The notes under the pieces are model-generated. The model was not told where the DNA came from. It did no database searches and worked only from the letters and a program-made list of their open reading frames with translations. Source: Scenedesmus sp. PABB004 (lineage: Eukaryota). From it: a stretch of 64,000 nucleotides of DNA. The stretch spans positions 620,001 to 684,000 of the forward strand of contig JABVCE010000002.1 in the NCBI GenBank assembly GCA_014905635.1, given 5' to 3'. Shown here in pieces: positions 36,400-53,381 of this stretch. The translations under genes were made by a program, and so were the position numbers. The stretch's first letter is position 1, and each line of letters starts with the position of its first letter.

Positions 36400-37878
36400 A
36401 TGCCGCAGCCCCGCCGCAGCCCGCCACGCCGCAGCCTGCCGTCCCGCAGCCCGCCATGTCGCAGCGCGCCCCGCCGCAGCCCCGCCAGGACTGCGCGGGC
36501 TCCGGCGGTGCCGGGCAGCGGCAGGGGACGGTGAGGCGGCGCCCGGGCTGCAGGCGCTGCGCCGCCGCGCGGCGCAGCTGGAGGCGCTGGAGGCGTACGA
36601 GGCGCTGCTGGCGTCGCACCCGGCGCCGCCGGCTGGCGCGGCGCCCGAGGCGCAGCGGGCGCTCGACGTGCCGGTGCTCGACGCGGCGCTGCTCATCGCG
36701 CGGCATGAGGACCCCTGGCTGGATGCGAGCGCCGTGCGGGCGCAGCTCGACGCGTTCGCCGCAGCGGCGGCGGCGCGGCTGCCGCCGGACGCGCGGCGAT
36801 ACCCGCTGCGCGTGCTGCGCGCGATCAACGACGTGCTCTATGACGAGCAGGGCTTCTCCGGCAACAACGAGGACTACTACAACCCCGCCAACAGGTGCCG
36901 CCCGCGCGCTGAGGGCAGGGCGGGCCGGCCCCCGCAGCCCCCCGCGCACGCGCGCCACGTCCGCGCGCCGACCGCCGCCGCCGCGCCGGCCGCCGCGTGC
37001 CGCAGCTGCATCAACCGCGTGCTGGAGACCAAGAAGGGTGCGCCCGCGACGCCGGGCGGCCGCCCCGCCGCCGCCGGCCGCGCGGCGCGGCGCCCCCCCC
37101 CCCCCACACACACACACACACATACACACCACCACCACCACCACCATCACCGCCACCACCACCTCCCGGCGCCGCAGGCATCCCAATCTCTCTGTCGCTG
37201 CTGTACGCCGAGGTCGCTGCGAGGCTCGGCGTGACAATGGAGGGCGTGAACTTGCCCGCGCACTTCATGCTGCGCGTCGCCGACCCCCCGGGCGTCGAAA
37301 TGTTGGTCGACCCCTTCAACCGCGGCGAGCTGACCGCGCTGCAGGACGCGGAGGGCGTGCTGTCCCGCCTCATGGGCCACCCGGTCAAGCTCGACCCGCG
37401 CTTTGTCTCGGGCGACGTGCCGCGCTTCTCGTCGCGCGCGCTGCTGCTGCGGCTGCTGAACAACCTGCGCACGACGTACATGACGCTAAACCTCCACCAC
37501 AACGCCCTGCTCATCGTGCGTTACATGCGCGGCACCGTGCCGCCCGGCGCGCTGCCGGAGCTGCTGCGCGACGAGGGGCTCTGCTTGTACGGCCTGGGCC
37601 GGCTCGCCGAGGCGGGCGCCGCGCTGGGGGAGTACCTCGGCGCCGCCGCGCGCGCGGGCGGCGCGCCGGGCGACGCTGCGGCGGTCGAGGCGATCCTGGA
37701 GCGCATCCAGCACAGGGCCGCCGAGGCGGCGGCAGCGGCTGCGGCGGCGGCGGCCGAGGCGGCCGCGGCGCGGGGCGGCGGCGGGGGCGCGAGCGGCGGC
37801 GGCGGGAGCGGCAGCGACAGCGGCAGCAGCAGCGGCAGCAGCGGGGACGGCGATGCGGCGGCTGGTGCGGGCGCGTGA
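36400..37878 (+). CDS. SirB1/transglutaminase-like (Transglut_core2) + TPR protein, probably plastid-targeted; start uncertain
   Basis: AALLIARHEDP, INDVLYDEQGFSGNNEDYYNPANSCINRVLETKKGIPISLSLLY, GVNLPAHFMLR, VDPFNRG, RLLNNL, ELLRDEGL. The ATG at 36400 is 1 nt out of frame with the transit-like sequence. Confidence 0.85.
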
Positions 37879-38108
37879 GCTGAGGAAGGAAAAGGCAACG
37901 CTGCGAGTGAGCTGCGGGCGCCGTCGCCGTCTCAGCCTGCCGCACGCGCAGCTGCTGGATCGTCGGGGTTTAGGGCACGGCGGCGGTGAACGCGTTTGAA
38001 CAAGTGCGGCCGCTGCCGCCAAAGCAAGCGCTACCTGCTGTGCGCGCCCGAGCAGCAACACCTGGCCTGACAACCTGCTCCGCCTCGGCGCCACCCCTGC
38101 CCGCGCGC

Positions 38109-41100
38109 TCACGCCGCCAGGCCGGGCCGCGCGAGGTGGTGCGCCGAGACCGCCTGCCACGCCGCGCCGACCGCGATGACGACGGCGTCGTCCCCGGGCA
38201 GTGCCGAGATGGAGGCAGAGTCCGGCTGCAGCCAGACCTGCGGCGCCTCGCCGCCGTCGCCGTCGTCGCGCGTGGGGCTGAAGCCGACCGGGAGGATGGC
38301 CTCGGGGAAGTCCAGCAGCGCGGCGAGGCCGTCCACGCCCACCGCGGCGGGGCCGTCGCTGCGGCCGCGCTTGAGCAGCGCGTCGACGCCGTGCGCGTCG
38401 AACCACGCCGCCGCCTGCGCCGCGAGCAGGGCGCGCAGGCGCTGCGCCTTCAGGTACGCCGCCGCCGGCAGGACCTGCCCCAGCTGCACGAGGCCGGCCC
38501 AGTGGTCGCGGTCGCCCGACGACCCAATGAGGCCGTCCAGCCACAGCCCCTCCAGCGACACCGCGGCCTCGGCCTGAAGCAAGACAGACAGCACGTCCCG
38601 CACGAGCCGCGCGTTGCCCGGCGGCGGCAGCGGCCCGCGCACGCAGGCCACGCCCGCGGCGGCGAGGCCGGTCAGCAGCGCGGGCGGCGTGCCAGGGAGG
38701 AACCCGACGCACAGGCCGCGCAGCGGAGGGAGGTCCTCGAACCGCGGCGGCAGTAGCGGCGCGCCCGGGCCGGCGCGCCAGCCGCGTGGCGCGGCGCCGG
38801 GCCGCGGCCGCGACGCGTTGAACGCGGCCGCCGCCGCGGCGGGCTGGCGGTGCAGGCGTGCGCGCGCGCTCGCGTCGCCGCCCGGCGCCGGCGCGAGCGC
38901 GTCCGCCACGACTGCGCAGTCGAGGAGCTGGCGGCAGAACACGCCGACCTTGTCCAGCGAGTGCGAGACCTGGGCGCGCGCGCGCGGCAGGCGTGGGTTT
39001 AGGGCTGCCGCCGCCGCGCCCGCGTGCCTGGGCGCCGCGCCCGCGCGCCGGCGCGCCTGCATGATGCCTCGCGTCGGCACGACGCCGCCGGACGGCCGGA
39101 ACGCAGTCACGCCCACCGTCACGGCGGGGCAGGTCACGCTGCCCCACGTCTCGGTGCCGAGCGCAAACGGCAGCAGGCCTGCGGCGGCGGTGCCGGCACT
39201 CGGCACCATGTGCCGGCCGCATGCCGAGGCCGCCGGCGCTGGCACGCCCGACGCGGCCGCCGGCGCGCCGGCGCGCCGCCCGCACCTGCCGCGACGGCCG
39301 CCGCGGAGCCGCCGCTGCTGCCGCAGGACCCGGTGGACGGGTGCCACGGGTTGCGCGTGATGCCGCCAAACCACTCGTCGCCCCAGGCCAGCGCGCCGGT
39401 GGCAGTCTTGGCCAGGAGCAGCCCGCCGGCCGACGTCAGCGCTGTGTAGGGCCACGACGGCTGCGGCGCGGGGCGGGCGTGGGGCAGGCGCGAGGCGGGG
39501 GAGGGAGGCGGCCGGGTCGAGGCGCGCGCGCGCGGGCCTCCCTGTGGGCCAGGGCGCGTCGGTCGGCGCGTGCCCCGCCGCCCCGCCGCCGCTCACGGTG
39601 CTGATCGTGCGGTTTTTGAGCGCTGCCAGGCCCCAGGTGGTGGGGGCACCCGGCGCGGCGATGAGGTCTTTGAGGCCAAAGGGGATGCCCGCCAGCAGGC
39701 TCGCTGCAGTGCCGTTGCTGGCGCCGCCGGCTCGCAGCACGCGGCCCGCGGCGCGCGCCTGGCGCGCGGCCAGCGCGTCGGTGCGCGTGACGATGGCGTG
39801 CAGCGCCGGGTCAAACCTGCGGCCGCGCGGCGGCGCAGCGCCTCGGCACGGCGCGCGCGCCGAGGCCGTCGGCCGCGGCGTCGCGGCGAGGGGCACCCCT
39901 CATGACGCTGCCACTCACCGCTCGAGCCGCTGCCCGTAGACGTCCACAAGCTGCTCCGGCGTCACGCTGCCCGCCGCCAGCAGGGCGGCAATCTCCAGGA
40001 CGGGCAGGAAGGCCAGGTCCTCCGCCGGCAGCGGCAGCGAGGCGTTGGCTGCCGACGAGGCGTTGCGCGCGCTGCTGCTGCTGTTGCCGCCGCCGGGCGG
40101 CGCGGGGCTGGCCGGCGCGGGCGCCTCGCCGCCGGAGCTGAACGAGGGCCAGAGCTGATGGGGAGAGAGCCCCACCAGCAGCGCCGCCTGCACCGACCCC
40201 ACCACGCAGCCCCCCGCTCCAGGCGCCGCCGCGCGGTCGCCCGCCGCGGCGAGCTGGTGGCACAGGCCGCCGCCCGCTGTGCCGGCGCCGCCGTCCGCGC
40301 TGCGCAGTTCGGCAGCTGCGCGCGCGCCGCCAGGCGGCCGCGGCGCGGCCGCGCCGACGCGCGCCCAGTCTACGTAGCAGGGGCTGCCCCGCGCCGCGCC
40401 GCCCCCTCTCGTGCCGTTGCCGCCGGCCGCGGGCAGCCGCGCGGCGGGCCCCGGCGCAAAGACCGAGCCCGGGGCGGCCACGGCGGCTGCCGCCCAGGCG
40501 TCCAGGGCCTCGTCAGTCATGAGGTTGGCCGCCAGCGCGTCGGCCATCTGCACACGCAGCACCGCCTGCGCCTGCCGCGCCTCGAGCTCCGCCAGGCCCG
40601 CGTCGCTCGCGCCCGCACCGTCTTCACCGGGCGGCGCGGGGCTGGCGGGCGGCGGCGGGCTCGGGCTGGCCGCGCTCGGCGGCGGGCTCGGGCTGGCCAC
40701 GCTCGGCGGCGGCGGGCCCGGGCCGGAGCTGGCGCCGGCGCCGCCGCCGCCGCCGGGCGCGGGCTGGGAGCTGCCCCAGGACCCCGCCGCCGGGTCGAGG
40801 AGGACGCGAGCCAACAGCGCCTCTTCGTCCTCCGGAAGCCAGCCAAACGCGCCGCGCAGGCGCGAGGCGCTGCGGGCGTTGATTGCCTCGTCGCCCTCAC
40901 CCAGCACGCCGTCCAGGACCACGACCGCGAGCGGCAGCTGGCTGGCGTTCAGCGCGCTCGGCGGCGCCAGCGCGCGCAGGTCGGCGCCCACGAGCAGGCG
41001 CGCCAGCCGCTCGGCGGGCGGCGCGTCGCCGGGCCCGGCGCTCGCGTAGGCGGCCGCCGCCTGCAGGAGCAGCACGCTGGGCGTGTCCGGGAGCTCCGAC

Positions 41101-42211
41101 GCCTGCACGCGAGCAGCGGCGCGCCGGCGCAGGGGAGCGGCGGCGGTCACGGCGCGCGCCGCCGCGGTGGCGCTCGCGCGTGCAGGGCGCACTCAGCCTG
41201 CGCTGCCGGGCCGCCCGTCGCACCTGCACGTACGACCCCAGCGCTGTCTGCAGGACGAGCGAGGTCACCGGCAGCGACGGGCCGCCGTCGTCCCAGCTGG
41301 CGTTGCTGCCGCCCGCCAGCAGGTGCGCCGCGACGGCGCCGCCCGCGTCCAGCAGCTGCGGCTGGTGCGCCGGGATGACTGCGGCGGCCAGCGCGCACGG
41401 GGCGGCCTGAGCGGCGGGCCGGCGCAGCCGCGCGCGCCTGCATCGCCGCCGCCCGCGCCGCCGCCCGCACCGTGCCGCAGCAGCATCTCCACGGTCGCGC
41501 CAGGCTGGCGCGCGGCCTCGGCGACCGCCACCTTCCAGCTGCTGTTGCTGGCGAGCGCGAGCCCCAGCCCGCCGGCGCCCCAGCCCAGGCCACCGGCTGC
41601 GCCGCCGCGCGCGCGGGTCAGGTGCGCGACGAGTGCGTCGTTGCTGGGTGGCAGCACCGCGGCCGGCAGGCTGCCCGCGCGCAGCACCGCGCGCTGCAGC
41701 AGCGCGTTGCCTGCCGCCAGGCGCGCAAAGGCGGCCTGCGCGGGGGCGAGTGAGACGGGCGCCGCACCACGCCCGGCAGCGGCTCGCGAGCCGGCGCGCG
41801 CTCAGGCCGCACCGCGTCAGGCTGCTCCTCCTCCAGCGCCGCCAGCGCCCCCTGCCAGGCCCCCTCATCGGCCGCCGAGGCGGAGAAGCCGCTCGCCGGC
41901 GGGCCGCGCTGCCGCTCCTCGTCCCAGCGCGCGGCAACGGCGCGCAGCACCACCTGCAGCTGGTCCCCGCGCGCGCGCGCCCCGGCAGGCGGCGGCGCGC
42001 CGGCGGCGGGCCAGCCGCGGCCGCCTCCTGGGTCGCGCGCGGGCGGCGACGCGCCGTCGGCGCCCGCCGGGGCGGACGGCGGGTTGCCTGCGTTGGCCGC
42101 CATCGCGCGCGCGGCCAGCGCGGCCGCCGTGTCCACCTCCGCCGGTGCCGCCGCGACCGCCGCAAGCAGGAGGAGTGCCAGCAGCAGCAGGCCCAGGCGG
42201 CCGCGCGCCAT
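38109..42211 (-). CDS. Secreted amidase-signature enzyme with an N-terminal fasciclin-like domain and Ser/Pro-rich linker, 7 introns
   Basis: Signal MARGRLGLLLLALLLLAAVAA. Amidase motifs LAGIPFGLKDL, TRNPW..GSCGSSGGSAAAVA, LGTETWGSV, HSLDKVGVF give an intact Lys-Ser-Ser triad. Confidence 0.85.
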
Positions 42212-42841
42212 GCCAGCTGCTGCGCTCCGCCGCCGTGGCGCTGCCGGCCGGCCGGCCGTCAGACCGCGGCGCTGCGCCGCGCGCGGAGCATCGGCGCCGC
42301 AGGCAGGGCGTCCCTGGCGCGTCTGCGGCCCGGCGGACGCTCTGGGCGCCGCCTGCGCCCGTTCGACGGGCGCGGGGGCTGCGCCGCTGCACGCGGCGCT
42401 CGCCCGCCTGCTGCCGCTCCGCTCCGCTGAGCTCAGCGCCGCCTGGGCGGCCCGGGAGCGCCTCGAATGGGTGGCGTGGCGCGAGATCCGGGCGGCCAGC
42501 TCGGCCGCCGCGGCGCGCTGCTGCCTGGGGCGCGCGCGGGCGGCGGCGCGTGCGTGCGCTGCCGGTGGCGATCGAGCGAGCGCCGCGCGTGCGCGCTGGA
42601 CGCCAGCGCTTGCTGAGCTGCGGCGCGCCCGCGCGCGCTGAGCCCTGGCGCCCGCCGCGCGACGGTCGCGAGCGAGCCAGTCCGTTGCCGCGAGACGCTG
42701 CGCGCGCCGCCGCCGCGCAAGTCGCCGCGCAAGTCGCGCGCCCACAGCGCCCCTCTGCCCCGCCCCGCCCGCCCGCTGCTACGAGGCGCTACTAGGTCAC
42801 GCAGCAGCCTGCCAGCTGCGCCCGGTCCCCCGCGCGCCGCG

Positions 42842-47106
<4,265 letters not shown>

Positions 47107-47364
47107 CGTGGCGTGTCGTCGTCAATGAGAGGGCGGACATCGGCGCCAGGGCCCGGCCTTCCCCGCGCCGCCCGGCAGCGGGACCGCCAGCAGGCGCCGG
47201 CCGCTGGCGTCGCGCCTGCGCGCGTGCGAGCCCTGTCCGCACCGCCCCGAGTCGCGCGCCATTGTTCACGCGCTAACGCCCAGGCGCAGCTCGCACGGGA
47301 GGCCCTTCTTGCACGCACGCACGCGCGGCGGCAGCGGACGCGGCCGACGCGGCGCGGCGCCGCC

Positions 47365-50300
47365 ATGCGGGCCGCCAGCGCGGCGTGCGGCCACGCTGTG
47401 CCGACCGGCGCTCCCGCCGCAGCGCCCCGGCCGCCAGCCAGCAGGCGGCGCGGCGCGCAGGGGCCGCAGTTGGCGCCGGCGGCCGCGAGCGGCGCCGCTG
47501 CCACGGGCGCGCGGCGGCCGCGCGCCCGCGTGGCCGCCGGCGCGGCGCCCCTGGACGACAGCGGCTGGGGTGAGCTCGTGCCCGGCGGCGGCGGCGGCGG
47601 CGGCGCCAGCCAGCCCGCCGGCGGCGCCAGGCGCGGCAGCGGCGGCAGGCGCGCCGACGCTGGCGGCGGCGACGGCGGCGGCGGCGGCGGTGACGGCAGC
47701 GGCGGCTGGTACGGAGGCGTTGAGGGAGTGCCGCCCGCCCCGCAGCCGCGCGGGCCGCGGCCCGGCGGTGCCAGGGGCAGGCCCGGCGACGGCGGGCCCG
47801 CGAGCGGGGGCCGGTCGCAGCAGCGCGAGCGCCGCAGCGGCGGCGGCGAGCGCGGCGACGCCGCCGGCGGCGGCGAGCGCTGGAGCTACGGTGCCGGCGG
47901 CGACGAGGAGCGCAGCAGGGAGTGGCAGCGCGGCGGCACCGCCGGTCGGCCGAGCAGCAGCCCCGGCACCAGCCCTGGCAGCAGGTGGGCGGGCGACGCT
48001 CGTGGGGGCAGCAGCGGCCGCCCCAGCAGCAGCGCCGACCGCCCCAGCGGCAGCGAGCGCGCCGGCGGCAGCAGCAGCGGCAGCGGCGACCGCCCCGGCG
48101 CCGGCTGGGCCCGCGGCGCCGGCGGCGCCGCGCCCCGCGCCGCCGGCGCGCCGCCGGCGGCCAAGCGGCGGCAGAAGGGCGAGAAGAAGGCCGCGGCGCT
48201 CGCGCCGAGCGGCACGCCCAGCTGCTACGGCTGCGGCGCGGCGCTGCAGACGGGCGTGGCGTCGGCGGCGGGGTACGTGGAGGCGGCCAAGTACGAGGTC
48301 AAGGCGCGGCACCGCCAGCTCAAGCGCGTGCTCTGCGCGCGCTGCGCGGGGCTGTGCAACGGCGCGATGATCCCCGCCGTGCAGGACTTCACGCAGAAGG
48401 CCTGGGCCGCGCAGCAGGCGGCGCTGCTGCAGGGGCACGACGCGGCGCAGCCGGCGGGCGCCGCCGCGGCGGGCGCGGCGGCGGGCCCGGCGGCCGCGGC
48501 CGGCGACGCGGGCGAGCAGCTGGAGCTGCTGGGGAAGCTGCTGGTCACGCCGGAGCAGCTGCGGGACAAGATCTCGGTGCGGCGGCGCGCGGGCGGGGGC
48601 AGCGGGGCGGGGGCCTCGCGGCCGGCCAGCCTGCCGGCGCGGCGCGGCGCGGCGCGGCGCGCGTGGCGGCGGCGCGCGCGCTCACGCACGCACCCGCTCG
48701 CGCGCGCCCCGCAGGAGGTGCGCGGCGTGAAGGCGCTGGTGGTGCTGCTGGTGGACCTGCTGGACGCGTCTGGCAGCTTCATGAGCAAGGCACGCGCTGG
48801 GGGGGAGGGGGGGGGGGGGGGGGGCTTTGGGGCTTTGGGCGCCCGGCGGCCTGGCTGCGCAGCGGCCGAAGGGCCCTGACGCGGGCCCCCGCTCACGCGC
48901 CGCCGCGCCTCTTGACCCCTTAACCCCCTGGCCCCCCGACCCCCTGGCCCGCAGGTGCGGGACATGGTGGGCAACAACCCCATCCTGCTCGTGGGCACCA
49001 AGATGGACCTGCTGCCCCCCGGCTGCCGGCCCAAGGACGTCGCGGCGTGGCTCGCCGACGCGGCGGCGCGGCGGCGCCTCGCGGTCGCGTCGGCGCACCT
49101 CGTGAGCGCGCACAGCGGCGAGGGCGTCGCGGCGGTCACCGCCAAGATCGCGCGCGAGCGCAAGGGCCGCGACGTCTTTGTCGTCGGCGCCGCCAACGTC
49201 GGCAAGTCGGCGTTCGTCCGCGCCGTGCTCCGGGAGATGAGCAGGCGCGGCGCCGCCGCGGCGCCGCGGCCCGCCGGCGCCGGCGCGACGCGCGTGCCGC
49301 TCCCCGCCGACCCTCGCTGACCGCGCCCGCCCGCCGCGCCGCAGCCTCACGGGCGGCAACTTTGACGCCGCCGCGCTGGCCACGCGGCGCTACCTGCCGG
49401 TGGAGAGCGCGATGCCGGGCACCACGCTCGGCCTCATCCCCCTGCAGGCGTTTGAGACGGGCGGCACGCTCTACGGTGAGCGCGCGCCCGACCGCGGCGC
49501 GGCATGCGTGCCGCGCGGTGGCGACGGACGCGCCCCGCGCCACGCCGCGTCACGCCGCGCCCGCGCCCGTGCGCCCGCGCAGACACGCCCGGCGTGCACC
49601 TCCACCACCGCGTCCCGCACATGCTCACGCCCGCGGAGCTGCGCCTGCTGCACCCGCGCAAGCGCCTGCTCGCGTACGCGCCGCCGACGCCGCTGGAGGT
49701 CGTGCGCGCGCAGGAGGAGGAGGAGGAGGACGGCGCCGGCGGCGCCGGCGGCTACGGCCTCCCGGCGCCACGGCCGCGGCCCAAGAGCGTGTCCGCGAGC
49801 TACGTGTGGAGCGGGCTCGCGCGCGTCGACGTGCTGTCGGGCCCGCCGAGCACGCAGCTCGTGTTCTACGGCCCCCGCACGCTGCGCGTCTACGCGGCGC
49901 CGCTGCTGGCCGAGGGCGAGGCCTTTGAGCTGGACGCCGAGGACGACGAGGGCGAGGAGGGCGAGGAGGGCGAGGAGGAGGAGGGCGAGCAGGCGCAGGA
50001 CGGCGAGGGCGACGGCGAGGGCGGCGACGACGCTGGCGCCGGCGGCGCCGGCGCGCGCGCGCGGCGCGGCGGGCGGCGGCTGCTGCTCGCGCGCGAGAGC
50101 GTCGCCGCGCGCGGCGGGCTGGTGCCGCACAGCGTCGTCGTGCGGCCGCCGCTGCCGACGGCCGAGTGCCTCGCCGACGTCGCCGTGAGCGGGCTGCCGG
50201 GCTGGGTCGGCGTGTACGCCCCGTTCACGCGCGGCGAGGTCGTGCTGCGCGTGTGGGCGCCGCGCGGCGTGGAGGTTTTCCTGCGCCCGCCGCTGCCCTG

Positions 50301-50823
50301 CCCGCCGCCGCCGCGGCCGGCTGGCGCGGACGCGCCGGAGGAGCTCGGCGAGGTCGGCGCCGCGCTGGACGCGTCCGAGGCGGACGCGGAGTGGGAGGCG
50401 CACCGCGCGGGCCTGGGGCTGGGCCCGCTGAGCGCGGAGGACGAGGACGTCGTGCGCCTGCTGCTCTTCGGCAGCGAGGCGGCTGGCCTGCGCGGCATCG
50501 TCGACGGCGACGACGAGGACGACGAGGAGGAGGAGGGCGGCGAGGCCGAGCTCGACGGCGGCGACGGCGACGCGGCGGCGGCGGGCCGGCCGGCGTTCCC
50601 GCTCGTCGCGCGCGTGCCGGAGCGGCCGCGGCGCGGCGCCGAAGGCGCCGGCGGGCGGCCGCGGCGCGCGCGCGCCGCCCCGGCCGGCGAGGCGCAGCCC
50701 GCGGCCGGCGGCGAGCTGGACGCGGATGCGCTGGTGGCTGCGTTTGAGGAGGCCGTGCAGGAGCTGGAGGGCGGCCGCGCCGGCCGCGGACCGCGGCGCC
50801 GGCCGCGGACCTCGAGCCGCTGA
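47365..50823 (+). CDS. NOA1: NOA1/YqeH-type circularly permuted GTPase, organelle-targeted, 4 introns
   Basis: Zn site CYGCG..LCARC, LVDLLDASGSF, G4 TKMD, G5 SAH, G1 GAANVGKS, G2 SAMPGTT, G3 DTPG, in the permuted order. C-terminal VWSGLARVDV and DVAVSGLPGWV. Confidence 0.92.
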
Positions 50824-51161
50824 GCCCCGGGCCTGCGGGTTGGGGCCCCGCCAGCTGCGCGGACGGTGTCGGGCCGCGCACTCTGTGTGACCCCCCGCCA
50901 GCACGATCGCCGCCTCGGCCCGCGTGCGCCGCCGGAGCTGGCGGCAGCAGCAGCGCTCCAACTCCAACCGCGCCGGCCGGCCGCCGCGATCCCGTGAGCT
51001 CTCCGCGCGGGCTCGGCGGAACGCCGGACACCGGTGGCGCCGGGCGCCGGGCGTTGCGGAGCTGCAGCGCTGCCGCGGCGCCGTCGCCGCTGCGGCCGAG
51101 TTGCCCGCGGAGTTGCCCCGCCGCTCCGACGCGCGCAGGAGGAGGACGCTGGGAGGACGGC

Positions 51162-51734
51162 ATGGCGCCGCCGTGGCAGGAGGACGCAGGCAAGGTGGTC
51201 ATCGAGTTCCTCAAGGGAAACTCGGGCGCGCGGCGCACGATCGTGCTCAAGCACAGCGCCGCGTCGGTGCCGCCGCAGCTCGCGGGCCGCGTGCCGCCGG
51301 CGGCGTGGGCGGCCTTCATGGCTGACGTCGAGGCCGCCGCCGCGGCACACCCGTACGTCGTCAAGCCCTCCGCCGGCCGCGTCGGGAGCTGGGCCGGCGC
51401 CGCGGTGCTGGGCGCCGTGCTGGGCGTGTGCTGCATGAACCCCGATGGCGGCAATTACTCTGACTGGCTCCCGCAGGCGCGCCGAGGCTGGGCGGCGGGG
51501 GCGCGGAGCGCGGCTGGGCCGTCCCCCGCTGACCCCCTCCCCGCCCCCGCGCAGGTGGACGCGCTGATCGCGCGCCACGCGCCCGCGTTTGCCGCGGGCG
51601 GCGCCGCGCTGTCGCTGCAGCGCGCGCAGCGGTCGTATTGGATCGAGGTGAAGGTCAACCCCGCCATGGCCGTCGGCCAGCCGGTCGGCCCGCCTGCGCC
51701 CAAGCCGGGCTTTGAGCCGGGCAACGCGGTGTGA
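51162..51734 (+). CDS. Hypothetical ~164-aa protein with Erf4/GOLGA7-like layout, 1 GC-AG intron
   Basis: Clean two-exon ORF (51162-51476 and 51555-51734): PPQLAGRVPPAAWAAFMADV, hydrophobic stretch ending in CC, final WIEVKV strand. Confidence 0.6.
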   Translation: MAPPWQEDAGKVVIEFLKGNSGARRTIVLKHSAASVPPQLAGRVPPAAWAAFMADVEAAAAAHPYVVKPSAGRVGSWAGAAVLGAVLGVCCMNPDGGNYSDWLPQARRGWAAGARSAAGPSPADPLPAPAQVDALIARHAPAFAAGGAALSLQRAQRSYWIEVKVNPAMAVGQPVGPPAPKPGFEPGNAV

Positions 51735-52039
51735 CGAGGTGGCGCCGCAGCTGCAGTTGTCGTGCCGCCGCCGCCATCAGCTTCTGGCGCGCCAGGCTGG
51801 CCGCGATGCGAACGAACGGCGCGCGCTGAGGGACTGCACTGCTTGTTGGTGTTGCTGACCAGGGAACGTGGGCGCCACCTGAACAGAGCTTCTCTCTCTT
51901 TCTTTCGGCGGCACGTCGCGGCGGTTGTGTGCGGGGCCGCACGCCGCCGCCCTGCTGCCGCCTCGCTCGGCCGCCCGTCGCCACACTGACCGTGCCCGCC
52001 GAGCACCCGATGCGAGCCCGTGGCGGCAGCAGGGCAGCG

Positions 52040-53204
52040 ATGGATTCAGCAGCGCACGAGCCCGGCGCCGCCCGGGTGGCCAGCAGCAGCAGCGGCGCCG
52101 CGCCCGCGATCCCGGCGCCATGGATCGCGCGTGGGTGCGCCCTCGCCGCGCTGGCGGTCGTGGGGGTGTGGGTGCACGCCCTCGGCGGCGTCGGGCGCTC
52201 GCAGACGGCAGCCGACGGCGCCGTCTCCACCGACCTGCTGTTCAACTGGCACCCCCTGCTCATGCTGCTGGCGTACGGCGTGCTCATGATGGAGGCCGCC
52301 CTGGCGTTCAGGGCACCGCTGAGCGCCGGCGCGCCCCGGTGCGCGGCGCGCTGCTGCCACCCCCGCCGGCGCCGGCGTCGCCGCCGCGCGCGCGGCGAGC
52401 CCGCCGCCGCCCTCGCGCCGCGCAGGCCGCTGCGCAAGCAGGTGCACTGGGCCCTGCACAGCGCGGCGCTGCTGGCGGCGCTGCTGGGCTTCCTGGCGGC
52501 GTGGAAGAGCCACACACTGAAGACGCCCCCCATTCCAAACTTCTATTCGCCGCACTCCTGGCTCGGCGGCGCGGCGCTGGCGCTGCTGCTGGGCCAAGTG
52601 CGCGCGTCACTGGCGGCAGCAGTGCCAGCGCCGGCGCCGGCGCTGGCGGCGAGCCAGCTGGCGCCAGCCGCGGCGGCGAGCCAGCTGGCGCCAGCCGCGG
52701 CGTCGGCACGCGCCAGCAGCGCCGACGCGCGCCGACGCGCGCCGCCGCCGCCGCGCAGTATGCGGTGGGGTTTGTGTCCTACCTGGCGCCCACGATCGCG
52801 CTGGAGCGGCGCGTCGCGCTGGGGCCGCTGCACCGCTTCTGGGGCCTCGCCGCGTGGGGCGCCGGCATGGCGGCGGCCATGGTGCGCGCCGCGCGCGCGC
52901 CGTCGGCCGCAGGCGCCCGGTGCGGCGCGGGGCCCTGCGCGCACTCGTCCCGCGCCGCCGTCCGCAGGTGGGGCTGCAGGAGAAGGCCACGTTCCTGCAG
53001 GCCTTTGCCAAGGCGGGCGTGACCAGCGCCCTCATCCGCCTGCCGGCGCTCGCGGAGCTGCTGCTCGCGGGCGCCGTGGCGGCCGCGCTCTTCGCGTTTG
53101 CCGGCGGCGGCGCGCGGCGGCCGGCCGCCGCGTACGCGGCCGTGCCCAGCGGCACGGGCGACGAGGAGGGCGGCCACCACCACCACTCAGGGCCGGGGCT
53201 GTGA
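52040..53204 (+). CDS. Cytochrome b561 (transmembrane ascorbate-dependent reductase), 3 introns
   Basis: FNWHPLLM, KQVHWALH, NFYSPHSWLG, PLHRFWG (four heme His), GLQEK. Confidence 0.93.
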
Positions 53205-53381
53205 TGTGCTGAACCGCGGGTGAGCGGTGACCGTCTGTCAGTTTTGGCCGCCCGCCGCGCGCTCAACCACTGCCCGTCAGCCACTGCCCTCGCGCTCCCA
53301 AAGCTCGTGGGTGGCTCGAGGAGCCAGCCAGAGGCAGACTGCCCGCGCCGTGGCAGCCCAGGCGCAGGTCCCGCCGACAGG

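Noticed and set aside
36531..36553. 23-nt GT-AG micro-intron that would put the ATG at 36456 in frame with the SirB1-like gene
   Set aside because: It is far shorter than any other intron here (about 80 nt or more), and the unspliced frame reads as a typical transit peptide.
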